DNA of 8,852 nucleotides from a virus. Taxonomy: Duplodnaviria; Heunggongvirae; Uroviricota; Caudoviricetes. Below the pieces are notes generated by a model. That model had not been told where the DNA came from, made no database searches, and saw only the letters and a list, made by a program, of their open reading frames with translations. Shown here one piece after another: positions 1 to 8,852 of this stretch. Numbering within the stretch: position 1 is the first letter of the stretch; each line of letters starts with the position of its first letter. Both the position numbers and the translations under genes were made by a program. The DNA lies in IMG/VR virus record IMGVR_UViG_2711768071_000008, positions 1 through 8,852 of that record; one strand, written 5' to 3'.

Positions 1-35
1 CGAAACCATTTGATCATATGACAAGATGTGTATCC
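1..35 (+). ncRNA. 3' portion of IS10 antisense RNA-OUT (partial; 5' part is outside the window)
   Basis: In IS10, pOUT transcribes outward across roughly bp 115 to 47 of the element; bp 47-81 map to window 35-1 on the plus strand. The sequence CGAAACCAUUUGAUCAUAUGACAAGAUGUGUAUCC matches my recollection of the RNA-OUT 3' arm. Exact ends uncertain. Confidence 0.35.
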
Positions 36-81
36 ACCTTAACTTAATGATTTTTACCAAAATCATTAGGGGATTCATCAG
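1..81 (-). mobile_element. IS10 (Tn10-type) outside terminal end, partial; the element body lies beyond the window start
   Basis: The reverse complement of 1-81 reads CTGATGAATCCCCTAATGATTTTGGTAAAAATCATTAAGTTAAGGTGGATACACATCTTGTCATATGATCAAATGGTTTCG, which I recognise as the IS10 outside end. It contains a 10-bp AT-rich palindrome (45-54 / 59-68) and a GATC at 12-15. Recalled from memory, not searched. Confidence 0.85.
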
Positions 82-446
82 CGCTTCGCCTCTTCATCCG
101 TCACCCACTGGCTGCCATCCCAGCGCTGGTATTCTCCGTCTGGTGCAATAAATGTGCCATTTTCAGGAAGTTCCCCCAGTTCAGATATCGGGACTGCATT
201 TCCGGTTTCTGTTGAATAAACCGTTTCCCCCCGATGGTCTTCAACCAGACGCCATGAATTGTCAGCAGTATCAAACATTGCTGTAAAACCTTCGGGGATT
301 TCCGGCGGTACAATATCCGTACAGTTTGCGGGTAATCCGGTATGAGGCGGTATATAAGCGTCACCACTGCCGATAAATTCTTTTGTATCTTCAAGAAAAT
401 TAAATACACGAATGGTCCGTGCTTTATCGCTCATTTTAAAAGTCAT
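78..446 (-). CDS. Tail fibre assembly protein (Tfa / lambda Tfa / P2 gpG / P1 U family), C-terminally truncated by the IS10 insertion; 122 aa
   Basis: The translation has the conserved N-terminal chaperone motifs ([53 protein letters not shown]). Its ATG overlaps the fibre stop (TAATG at 444-448). Intact family members as I recall them are about 175-200 aa. The ORF ends at a TGA (78-80) supplied by the IS10 terminus. Confidence 0.8.
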   Translation of the reverse strand: MTFKMSDKARTIRVFNFLEDTKEFIGSGDAYIPPHTGLPANCTDIVPPEIPEGFTAMFDTADNSWRLVEDHRGETVYSTETGNAVPISELGELPENGTFIAPDGEYQRWDGSQWVTDEEAKR

Positions 447-3412
447 TATGCAAGCCTCACAATATAGTTAAATGCGATGTTTTTGACGGTGTTTTCTGCG
501 TTACCAGTAGCGTTAACAGTGACGGTGTGTCCGTGTGAACCAATAGCAACAGTGTGCATATGAGCACCAATGCCGACAGTGTGCGCATGCGCACCAGCAG
601 ATTTGGTGTAAAGATTTACGGTGCCGGTACTCATATTTACTGTTTTGCCACTGCCGGCACTGACAGAAACATTTTCACCAACACCGTGATTATGACCACC
701 TGTGTTATTTGTTGATTTAGTTCCGTAGTCAAACGACGACGTGGTTTTCGTCCCCAAATCCGTACTGGATGCACTGGCACTGTGGGCGTGTGATTTAATG
801 CCGTCCTGTTCCTGAGACAATACGGCACGACCACTGGCGGGTTTGCCCTTAATCGTCCAGCCACGCATATCAGGGATCACGCCTGACGGATAAGCGGCTG
901 CAAGTTTCGGGTATGCAGATTTGTCAAAAGTCTGCCCCTGCATCAGGGCATAGCCAGACGGAACGGTATCTGATGGCCACGGGATTGGTGCGCCAGGCGG
1001 ATAAAACTGCTCTGATGGCGTATAGAGTGAATAAACTGTACCGTCCGTTAACCCTTCCGGCTTATTAGCAGAATATGCTGGTGACGTATGAATCGTCACG
1101 CTGGCATTACTGGTATAATCCCATTGAATATTTACACCAGTCGCATAATTTCCGATTGCAACGTAAATATCGTAAGTATCACCAGATGTATTAACCCAGG
1201 CAAAATTTGTAAACCCTGTCGATGTGCGCTGCCATAAAGCACCAGTAATCCCCTTCGGATTACCGTTACCTGCACGCAAAACAAGTTCAGATATACCTGC
1301 CTGTTGAGGTGACCCCACGTTAAATCCCGCGCCACCAATCAACGTAATTGAAACAACAGAACTTGCCTGCGGCATGGTTACAGTTGCCAGCTTGAACCAT
1401 CCTGCACCACCACTAAAAGACATTGTTGTGGAGTTGATTGTGCCTATAGACCGTGGGTTAAGTTCAATATCTTTAGAACCATCAAACGAAACACCGTTAA
1501 TAGTGCGCGCCGTCTGCAATCTGGTCGCCGTAGCAGCATTGCCGGAGGTATCCTGATCCCCTTTGGCATTGACGCCGGGAATTGAATCTTTTGACGTATA
1601 GACCTGCGCCCAGTCAGACCAATTGGAAGAATCAGTATCCCGCCGCGAACGGATATGTACGGGCGCATGGGCACCGCTCGTGCCGCTCCAGCCAATGAAT
1701 AACTCGCCTTCGCCAGCAGCGGTGGCACCTTTAAGGTGAAGCACATTCCCATAGGGAGAAGGGTAGCCATTGTTGTATGCCTCATACAGCTGAATCCCGG
1801 ATGTTCCCTGTGCATTCGCCTCCAGGGCCGTTACGCGACCGCGAGATACCAGAGTATTGATATTAATGTCAGCCGAACCATCGAACCTGACGCCATTAAT
1901 GTTTCTGGCTGTTTTTAATTTCGTCGTGGTGTCGGCGTTCCCCGCCAGCGCCCCGGTGATCCCACCGTTGAAAGTCTGGCGTGCACTCCATGTGTTAGCC
2001 GTGCTCAACAGGGGGATCTTTTCACCGCTGGTACCGAGTTCTCTTAAACCAAGGTATTGGATAACAGCAAGAACGCTTGTTTTGGCCAGAATATCGCGAC
2101 CGACTGACGTTAAGTCAGTCTGAGAAACAGTGTCTGTACCGGTAAAGTACGGCAATTTATTTGCACCTGTCGCAAGACCAGCAAGCGCGGTTAAAGTTGC
2201 ATCAAGTGGCTGTTTCCCTGCCAGCGCATTTGTCATTGTTGTCGCAAAGTTCGGGTCATTGCCCAGTGCTGCTGCAAGCTCATTCAGGGTATCAAGAGCT
2301 TCAGGTGATGAGCCGACCAATGCAGAGATAGCAGCCCGTACGTAAGCAGTCGTAGCGATCTGCGTATTGTTTGTGCCCTGTGCAGCCGTAGGCGCAGTAG
2401 GTATTCCCGTTAATGCAGGACTTGCTAAAGGAGCTTTAAGAGCCAGAGCATTGTTGATAGTTGTGCTGAAATTCGGGTCGTTATTGATCGCAGCCGCTAT
2501 TTCTTTCAGCGTATCCAGTGTGCCAGGCGCACCGTTGATAAGTGCAGTTATAGCTGCCTTAACAAAGGCTGTATTTGCGATCTGCGTGCTGTTTGTACCT
2601 TGCGCTGCCGTCGGCGCGGTTGGCGTTCCTGTCAGACTCGGGCTTTCTATTGGCGCTTTGGTATCAGCCAGATCTTTTATAGACTTAACAGCTTTAGGGG
2701 TAGCCGCCATTGTTTCGCTGTCGCTGTTAGTTGCGCTACTGAGCTGAACTAATCCCTTTTGCGTTGTGCTTGCATCCTGCGCCGTATACTTGCTTTTCGC
2801 CAGATCGTAGGCTTTTTTAACTGCCAGCGAACTTGCAGCAACATCACTTCTGGTACTGGTTACAGAGTCTGAAATATCAATGCCGATCGTGCGGTTGATA
2901 CGCTCGGATGTATCAATCATCTCCTGGGTAATAGCAGATACACCAGCAGGGATATTCACCGTACAAACAAGCAGCTCCCCATCACCTAACTGATATGAAT
3001 CGGTATAGATTCTGGCAACAAATTCAGCCGCATGAATATGTGACGCGGTATTCACCTGATAGGTATCTTCTCCAAGGAGGTATCTTCCCTTCAGCACAAT
3101 TGCATATTTCTTGCCTGCACTAAGTGCAAGAGAAATATCCTTACGTTGCTGAATAGTTACCTGGTAGAATTCACCAATATCCACCGACGCCGCGCCTGCG
3201 GTTTTATCACCATCCACTGAGGTGATTAACAGGTTCATCCCACCGCCAGGCTTAGGTAAGAAACCGGCATAAAATCCCGGGTCAACAATCCCCCTGAATT
3301 TTCGGTTTAGCGCGGCTGACAGATATGGTTCGTGGTATTGCACATCAGCCACCAGAGCCAACGACTCGGGTGATGGGTAAGTAACCGATGTGACAACTGT
3401 AACGTCATTCAT
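446..3412 (-). CDS. Tail fibre protein, mosaic (P2 gpH / lambda Stf-like repeats; T4 gp37 / lambda Stf-like His-rich C-terminal tip); 989 aa
   Basis: Long ORF. I place the start at ATG 3410-3412 (MNDVTVV) with an AAGGA ribosome-binding site about 9 nt upstream, because the 29 codons of the track ORF above it overlap the upstream gene. The translation contains [25 protein letters not shown], two copies of the LTG(T/I)[11 protein letters not shown]...[25 protein letters not shown] repeat, ILAK..VIQYLGL, and a C-terminus [50 protein letters not shown]. Confidence 0.9.
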   Translation of the reverse strand: MNDVTVVTSVTYPSPESLALVADVQYHEPYLSAALNRKFRGIVDPGFYAGFLPKPGGGMNLLITSVDGDKTAGAASVDIGEFYQVTIQQRKDISLALSAGKKYAIVLKGRYLLGEDTYQVNTASHIHAAEFVARIYTDSYQLGDGELLVCTVNIPAGVSAITQEMIDTSERINRTIGIDISDSVTSTRSDVAASSLAVKKAYDLAKSKYTAQDASTTQKGLVQLSSATNSDSETMAATPKAVKSIKDLADTKAPIESPSLTGTPTAPTAAQGTNSTQIANTAFVKAAITALINGAPGTLDTLKEIAAAINNDPNFSTTINNALALKAPLASPALTGIPTAPTAAQGTNNTQIATTAYVRAAISALVGSSPEALDTLNELAAALGNDPNFATTMTNALAGKQPLDATLTALAGLATGANKLPYFTGTDTVSQTDLTSVGRDILAKTSVLAVIQYLGLRELGTSGEKIPLLSTANTWSARQTFNGGITGALAGNADTTTKLKTARNINGVRFDGSADININTLVSRGRVTALEANAQGTSGIQLYEAYNNGYPSPYGNVLHLKGATAAGEGELFIGWSGTSGAHAPVHIRSRRDTDSSNWSDWAQVYTSKDSIPGVNAKGDQDTSGNAATATRLQTARTINGVSFDGSKDIELNPRSIGTINSTTMSFSGGAGWFKLATVTMPQASSVVSITLIGGAGFNVGSPQQAGISELVLRAGNGNPKGITGALWQRTSTGFTNFAWVNTSGDTYDIYVAIGNYATGVNIQWDYTSNASVTIHTSPAYSANKPEGLTDGTVYSLYTPSEQFYPPGAPIPWPSDTVPSGYALMQGQTFDKSAYPKLAAAYPSGVIPDMRGWTIKGKPASGRAVLSQEQDGIKSHAHSASASSTDLGTKTTSSFDYGTKSTNNTGGHNHGVGENVSVSAGSGKTVNMSTGTVNLYTKSAGAHAHTVGIGAHMHTVAIGSHGHTVTVNATGNAENTVKNIAFNYIVRLA
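2039..2064. other. Serine DNA-invertase crossover site (hix/gix/cix/pix-like), 26-bp imperfect palindrome inside the tail fibre gene
   Basis: TTCTCTTAAACCAAGGTATTGGATAA matches hixL (TTCTTGAAAACCAAGGTTTTTGATAA) at 22 of 26 positions and gix (TTCCTGTAAACCGAGGTTTTGGATAA) at 21 of 26, both sites as recalled. It has two 12-bp half-sites around a central AA and encodes the conserved VIQYLGLRE junction motif. Confidence 0.75.
2210..2659 (-). repeat. Two tandem copies of a ~225-bp coding repeat (about 75 aa each) in the constant part of the fibre gene
   Basis: Protein residues ~281-355 and ~356-430 are near-identical in pattern ([32 protein letters not shown]... versus [32 protein letters not shown]...). 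The DNA is visibly similar at a 225-bp offset, for example 2340-2415 versus 2565-2640. Confidence 0.7.
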
Positions 3413-3423
3413 TAAGCATATCC

Positions 3424-3858
3424 TTATGCTGTAGTCGTGTTTATGGCCATAACTGCGGTATATGTTTTGCCCACATACAGCGAGTCTTCCTGGACACAAA
3501 TAATGGCGATTGGCTTGTTCTCGTTATCCAGAACAACCAGAGTGTTGAATGGGTAGTTTTTCCCTTCCTGCAACTGGCTTTGATCAAGGTCCATTCGGAC
3601 AGTAATTATCCCACCTGAGTAGGTTGGCACGAGGTTGATGGTGCAAAATTGACTGGTCAGTTCTGCCAGATCGAAAGCCTTTGGCAGTTCTCCAATCTCA
3701 TAAGTGCCATCTCCTTTCTTAGTAACCAGCGAACTGGTACCGAAAACGGCCTTGCTGATTAAAAATCGAGAGCCTTTGTTAATGGACGATTCAGCGCGCC
3801 GCTGATAGTAATAGTCCAACAACTGACTCTTATAGAGGTTTGTTGAGACGTCAGACAT
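3424..3858 (-). CDS. Hypothetical phage protein, 144 aa, between the baseplate genes and the tail fibre (possible fibre-associated structural or assembly protein)
   Basis: Clean ORF with ATG at 3856-3858 and an AGGGAA ribosome-binding site about 6 nt upstream. Its stop lies 11 nt before the fibre start, in the same orientation as the operon. I recognise no motif. Its position matches what I recall of gene R in the P1 R-S-U operon. Confidence 0.6.
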   Translation of the reverse strand: MSDVSTNLYKSQLLDYYYQRRAESSINKGSRFLISKAVFGTSSLVTKKGDGTYEIGELPKAFDLAELTSQFCTINLVPTYSGGIITVRMDLDQSQLQEGKNYPFNTLVVLDNENKPIAIICVQEDSLYVGKTYTAVMAINTTTA

Positions 3859-3908
3859 GATTTTCCCTAATCAATGTTGTGAAGCCTCATTGTAAGAGAA
3901 GTAACTTG

Positions 3909-3933
3909 TCACCCCGCCCTGCGGACGGGGTGA
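3909..3933 (-). other. GC-rich stem-loop in the 78-bp intergenic spacer (possible attenuator, weak terminator or RNA-stability element)
   Basis: TCACCCCG (3909-3916) and CGGGGTGA (3926-3933) form an 8-bp stem with a 9-nt loop, starting 3 nt after the stop of the upstream gene. On the transcript it is followed by a moderately U-rich stretch (CAAGUUACUUCUCUUACA), not a clean U-run. Confidence 0.3.
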
Positions 3934-3936
3934 TTG

Positions 3937-4773
3937 TCAGGCGTCGCTATCCAGCAACAAATCATCTGCGCGTGTGCGATCAAACGTAGGTGTCGCTTTC
4001 ACAATAGTACCACCAGGCGTTGCGGTGATCGGGGCGCTAATCGACGTAACTCCAGTAAGCGAAGTTGTATCCGAAGTTTCAAACCAGCAGAATGCTTTTT
4101 CGGTATCAGAAATCTCGTTCAAAGTGATCATGTCGGCCTGTTCATTTACAACAACCGACAAATAGAGCGTAAGCCCATCAAACACTATATGCAGTGGCAG
4201 TAGAGGCTTTACGAACTGATTAAACTTTCTGAGAATTTCTTCTGTAATTGCGGACTGATCTATCGTGCCAGTAATCCCCATTGTCCGGGCCAGGTCGTTT
4301 ATGGGAATACTGATCATCCCTCTGGAAGTCAGAAACATCTCGCCGAATGTGCCGCCGGTAGTCTCCAGTGTGCTTTCTGGTATTAGAACCGTGCCATAGG
4401 GATGACGCTCAAGGTCCACCGGTGCATATATCGGATCCCATAAAACAGAAATACCGTTAAATTCGCGGTAAATTGTCTGGTTTATAGGGCGTTCAGTCCC
4501 CTTAAAGTGAATCTCATCAAGACGCTGTTGTAACAACATCGGAACGGAAGATGAGTTCGACGTTCTGATAGTAAAGAACTGGCCAAGTTCATTTGTCCTG
4601 GTCTCCAGATCCTCCTTGCTCATGGAAAAAATAGACTTCCGGTTGGTAATTCGCTCCAACCATGGGTCAACAAAGGTATCCATCATTGACTGAACCAAAT
4701 CAGCCAATGATTTATAGAGCAATGACTTTTGCTTAGCTGATGTAAGCCGGTTATTAAACCAGGAACGCTGCAT
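3937..4773 (-). CDS. Phage baseplate / tail protein I-like (P2 gpI / T4 gp7 / TssG position); 278 aa
   Basis: ATG at 4771-4773 overlaps the stop of the upstream gene (TGATG) and is preceded by GAGGAGGAG. The call rests on size and position after a J-like gene and before the fibre, not on a recognised motif. Confidence 0.6.
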   Translation of the reverse strand: MQRSWFNNRLTSAKQKSLLYKSLADLVQSMMDTFVDPWLERITNRKSIFSMSKEDLETRTNELGQFFTIRTSNSSSVPMLLQQRLDEIHFKGTERPINQTIYREFNGISVLWDPIYAPVDLERHPYGTVLIPESTLETTGGTFGEMFLTSRGMISIPINDLARTMGITGTIDQSAITEEILRKFNQFVKPLLPLHIVFDGLTLYLSVVVNEQADMITLNEISDTEKAFCWFETSDTTSLTGVTSISAPITATPGGTIVKATPTFDRTRADDLLLDSDA

Positions 4774-6206
4774 CACTCCTCCTCATACGAAATATTAAAG
4801 GTGGAGTTTTCTGTATCCAGATAAACGAAATCGTAAAAGCCGTTGGACTCATTCCACTCGACAAATTCCAGATAAAAGTCGCGGAAATAACCCAGCGTTT
4901 CGATAAATGCCCAAACGTCTTTTTTCTTGATTAGGATGTACTTGCCGACACGGTTCGGATCAAAGAAAGTTGAGTCACGCCCAAATTTTGTTTCCAGTGC
5001 CGACTTCAGCTCATCAGTCACGTTCTCAATGGTCAGGCTTGCCGATATCCGCCCGGTGATGGTGATCTTAAAGGGTAGTTTTCTGACCTCTTTATACGAG
5101 AATTTCTTGTTCAACTCATTCGGCACCTTCTTAAAGGCAGCCAGGATCATTTCTTCAAGCTCTGACTGGCTTTTGTTTGGATGCCATCCTGAAATAAATA
5201 TCTTATTGATATTCCGAACATTATAAGCACCATCTAATTTCTCTTGCTGGCCTTCGCCCCATGCCTTTACCCAGGACAGTCCCGGGATGTTACGCACCAG
5301 AAAATACGTATAGTCCCCGCCCCATACGACCTGATCATCATAGGCAAGGTAATATTGTGCACGATTACGTGTGATCTCCGTTGTTTCGGCATCGGTACCT
5401 GCGGTTATGGGTGTCGTTGTCTTAACTGAAATCAAATTAGCTAAATTAGCCGCAGAATCGACAGGCGTCAGATTTTGGCCAGCAACCAAGGTTATATCTC
5501 CGTTGGTGCACCATACCTTAAGCGTAATTGTCGAGCCTTCTGGCGGTATTTGCCCAATTAGCCCATCGCCGAATCGGACACCCAACTGTTCGGATGGTTT
5601 ATAAAACTCAACGTAGACCTGGCTTTTACTACCGGCTAACCGGAACATAGTGCTGGAAGACCACTGCGTGGTCTTACCATCGGTCGTCACGAATACTTCC
5701 AGCTTATAGCAGACAGCAGTGAGAGCCTTTGATAACACGACTTCCAGAAATTCTTTGGCTGCCGTAACGGTATATGTCACCTCCTGGATTTCCAACTGTG
5801 CCACTTCTACCGTACCGGTGCCGTCAACCAACCTGCATACATCCATAGTCATGTAAGGATACTGGTCGTCAGATATTAAAGGCATGTTTTTGGGGATTAC
5901 CGCTGGGGCATCTTCACTTGTGGCGGTGATCTCAATCATCCCCGATGACGGTGTTGGCTTGGTACCAACGTAACTATTCGTTTCTGCCGCTGCCAGGATA
6001 GAGGAACGCCGCGTCGCGGTCGATATAAAGCCTTCAGCCAGCGCCGCATCGGCATACTGAAAGCACCTGTAGACAATCTGGGTAATAAACAATGTCAGCA
6101 TCGAGACAAATTGAGAGCCGACAAACTTCGACCAGAATGAATCTTTCTCGACAAGCTCTTCAAACTCTGCACGAATACTGTCTTTAGTCGGTGTTGTTTT
6201 ACTCAT
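4773..6206 (-). CDS. Baseplate J-like protein (P2 gpJ / T4 gp6 / Mu gp47 family position); 477 aa
   Basis: Large ORF immediately downstream of the gp25/W-like gene with an ATGA start/stop overlap at 6203-6206. The assignment is by synteny of the W-J-I wedge trio; sequence motifs are not verified. Confidence 0.65.
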   Translation of the reverse strand: MSKTTPTKDSIRAEFEELVEKDSFWSKFVGSQFVSMLTLFITQIVYRCFQYADAALAEGFISTATRRSSILAAAETNSYVGTKPTPSSGMIEITATSEDAPAVIPKNMPLISDDQYPYMTMDVCRLVDGTGTVEVAQLEIQEVTYTVTAAKEFLEVVLSKALTAVCYKLEVFVTTDGKTTQWSSSTMFRLAGSKSQVYVEFYKPSEQLGVRFGDGLIGQIPPEGSTITLKVWCTNGDITLVAGQNLTPVDSAANLANLISVKTTTPITAGTDAETTEITRNRAQYYLAYDDQVVWGGDYTYFLVRNIPGLSWVKAWGEGQQEKLDGAYNVRNINKIFISGWHPNKSQSELEEMILAAFKKVPNELNKKFSYKEVRKLPFKITITGRISASLTIENVTDELKSALETKFGRDSTFFDPNRVGKYILIKKKDVWAFIETLGYFRDFYLEFVEWNESNGFYDFVYLDTENSTFNISYEEE

Positions 6207-6558
6207 AGCACCACGTCCTGTGTGATAGTTATATCCCTGATACGAATGGATATTTTCAACTTATCAAAAGCATCTCCCTCGGCTACTGACAAGCCAGAAA
6301 TCGGTATGTCAGGTAAATCTACCGTCAGTTTTTGCAACAGCATTGCCTCAACCGCAATTTGAACATGCGACAAGTTGGTCGGTTCGTGTTTAAACTGCGG
6401 TAAAACATTGCCCCATGACGGATCTCCGTATACCTCACCCTGATAAGTGTTTAGCCACTCATATAAACGAGCGCCCCAGGCCTCCTCCTGGGACTCATAC
6501 GTTTTTACGCCGGATAACTCCAGCGTCAGCAAAGGATCAATTTCGTTATTGTTGGCCA

Positions 6559-6559
<1 letters not shown>
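6203..6559 (-). CDS. Baseplate wedge protein, gp25 / GPW-like; 118 aa
   Basis: Small ORF. I prefer ATG 6557-6559 over the track's TTG at 6562; it overlaps the stop of the upstream gene (TGATG). Size and position directly before the J-like gene are typical of gp25/W/TssE-family proteins. Confidence 0.6.

Positions 6560-8852
<2,293 letters not shown>

Noticed and set aside
45-68. AT-rich 10-bp perfect inverted repeat (TAATGATTTT-tacc-AAAATCATTA), first considered as a terminator, phage attachment site or invertase site
   Set aside because: There is no flanking U-run and no match to the hix-type consensus. It is fully explained as part of the IS10 outside end.
1374-2747. Plus-strand ORFs of 60-126 aa (1374-1556, 1736-1918, 1857-2123, 2130-2345, 2367-2747)
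   Set aside because: They lie antisense inside the 989-aa tail fibre gene and have low-complexity or repeat-derived translations (the 2367-2747 ORF mirrors the tandem coding repeat). They are shadow ORFs of a strongly supported minus-strand gene.
3413-3499. The 29-codon N-terminal extension of the track's 1017-aa fibre ORF
   Set aside because: The extension overlaps the 3' end of the upstream 144-aa gene and has no ribosome-binding site. The ATG at 3410-3412 has an AAGGA site and begins the recognisable fibre N-terminus, so the start was set there.

Overview
This window is the 3' part of a phage tail-morphogenesis operon, all on the minus strand, ending in a partial IS10 insertion sequence. 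No tools were available: every identification rests on reading the ORF translations and on recalled motifs and sequences, not on searches. Reading in the direction of transcription (high to low coordinates): a 738-aa protein with a lytic transglycosylase (SLT) motif (6559-8775), a small gp25/W-like baseplate protein (6203-6559), a 477-aa baseplate J-like protein (4773-6206), a 278-aa tail protein I-like protein (3937-4773), a 144-aa protein of unknown function (3424-3858), a 989-aa mosaic tail fibre (446-3412) and a tail fibre assembly chaperone (78-446). Adjacent genes overlap by 1-4 nt (TGATG/ATGA junctions), indicating translational coupling. Two things stand out. First, the tail fibre gene carries a 26-bp Hin/Gin/Cin/Pin-type crossover site (2039-2064) exactly at the junction between its conserved and variable parts, so the distal fibre half plus the chaperone gene probably lie in an invertible host-range segment. 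Second, positions 1-81 are the outside end of IS10, inserted into the chaperone gene and truncating it. The gene order resembles the phage P1 late tail operon (sit-pmgA-bplA-16-R-S-U) as I remember it, but that is recalled synteny, not a verified match. I see no CRISPR array, tRNA or rRNA, and no defence or toxin system; the most interesting biology here is the invertible fibre cassette disrupted by IS10.
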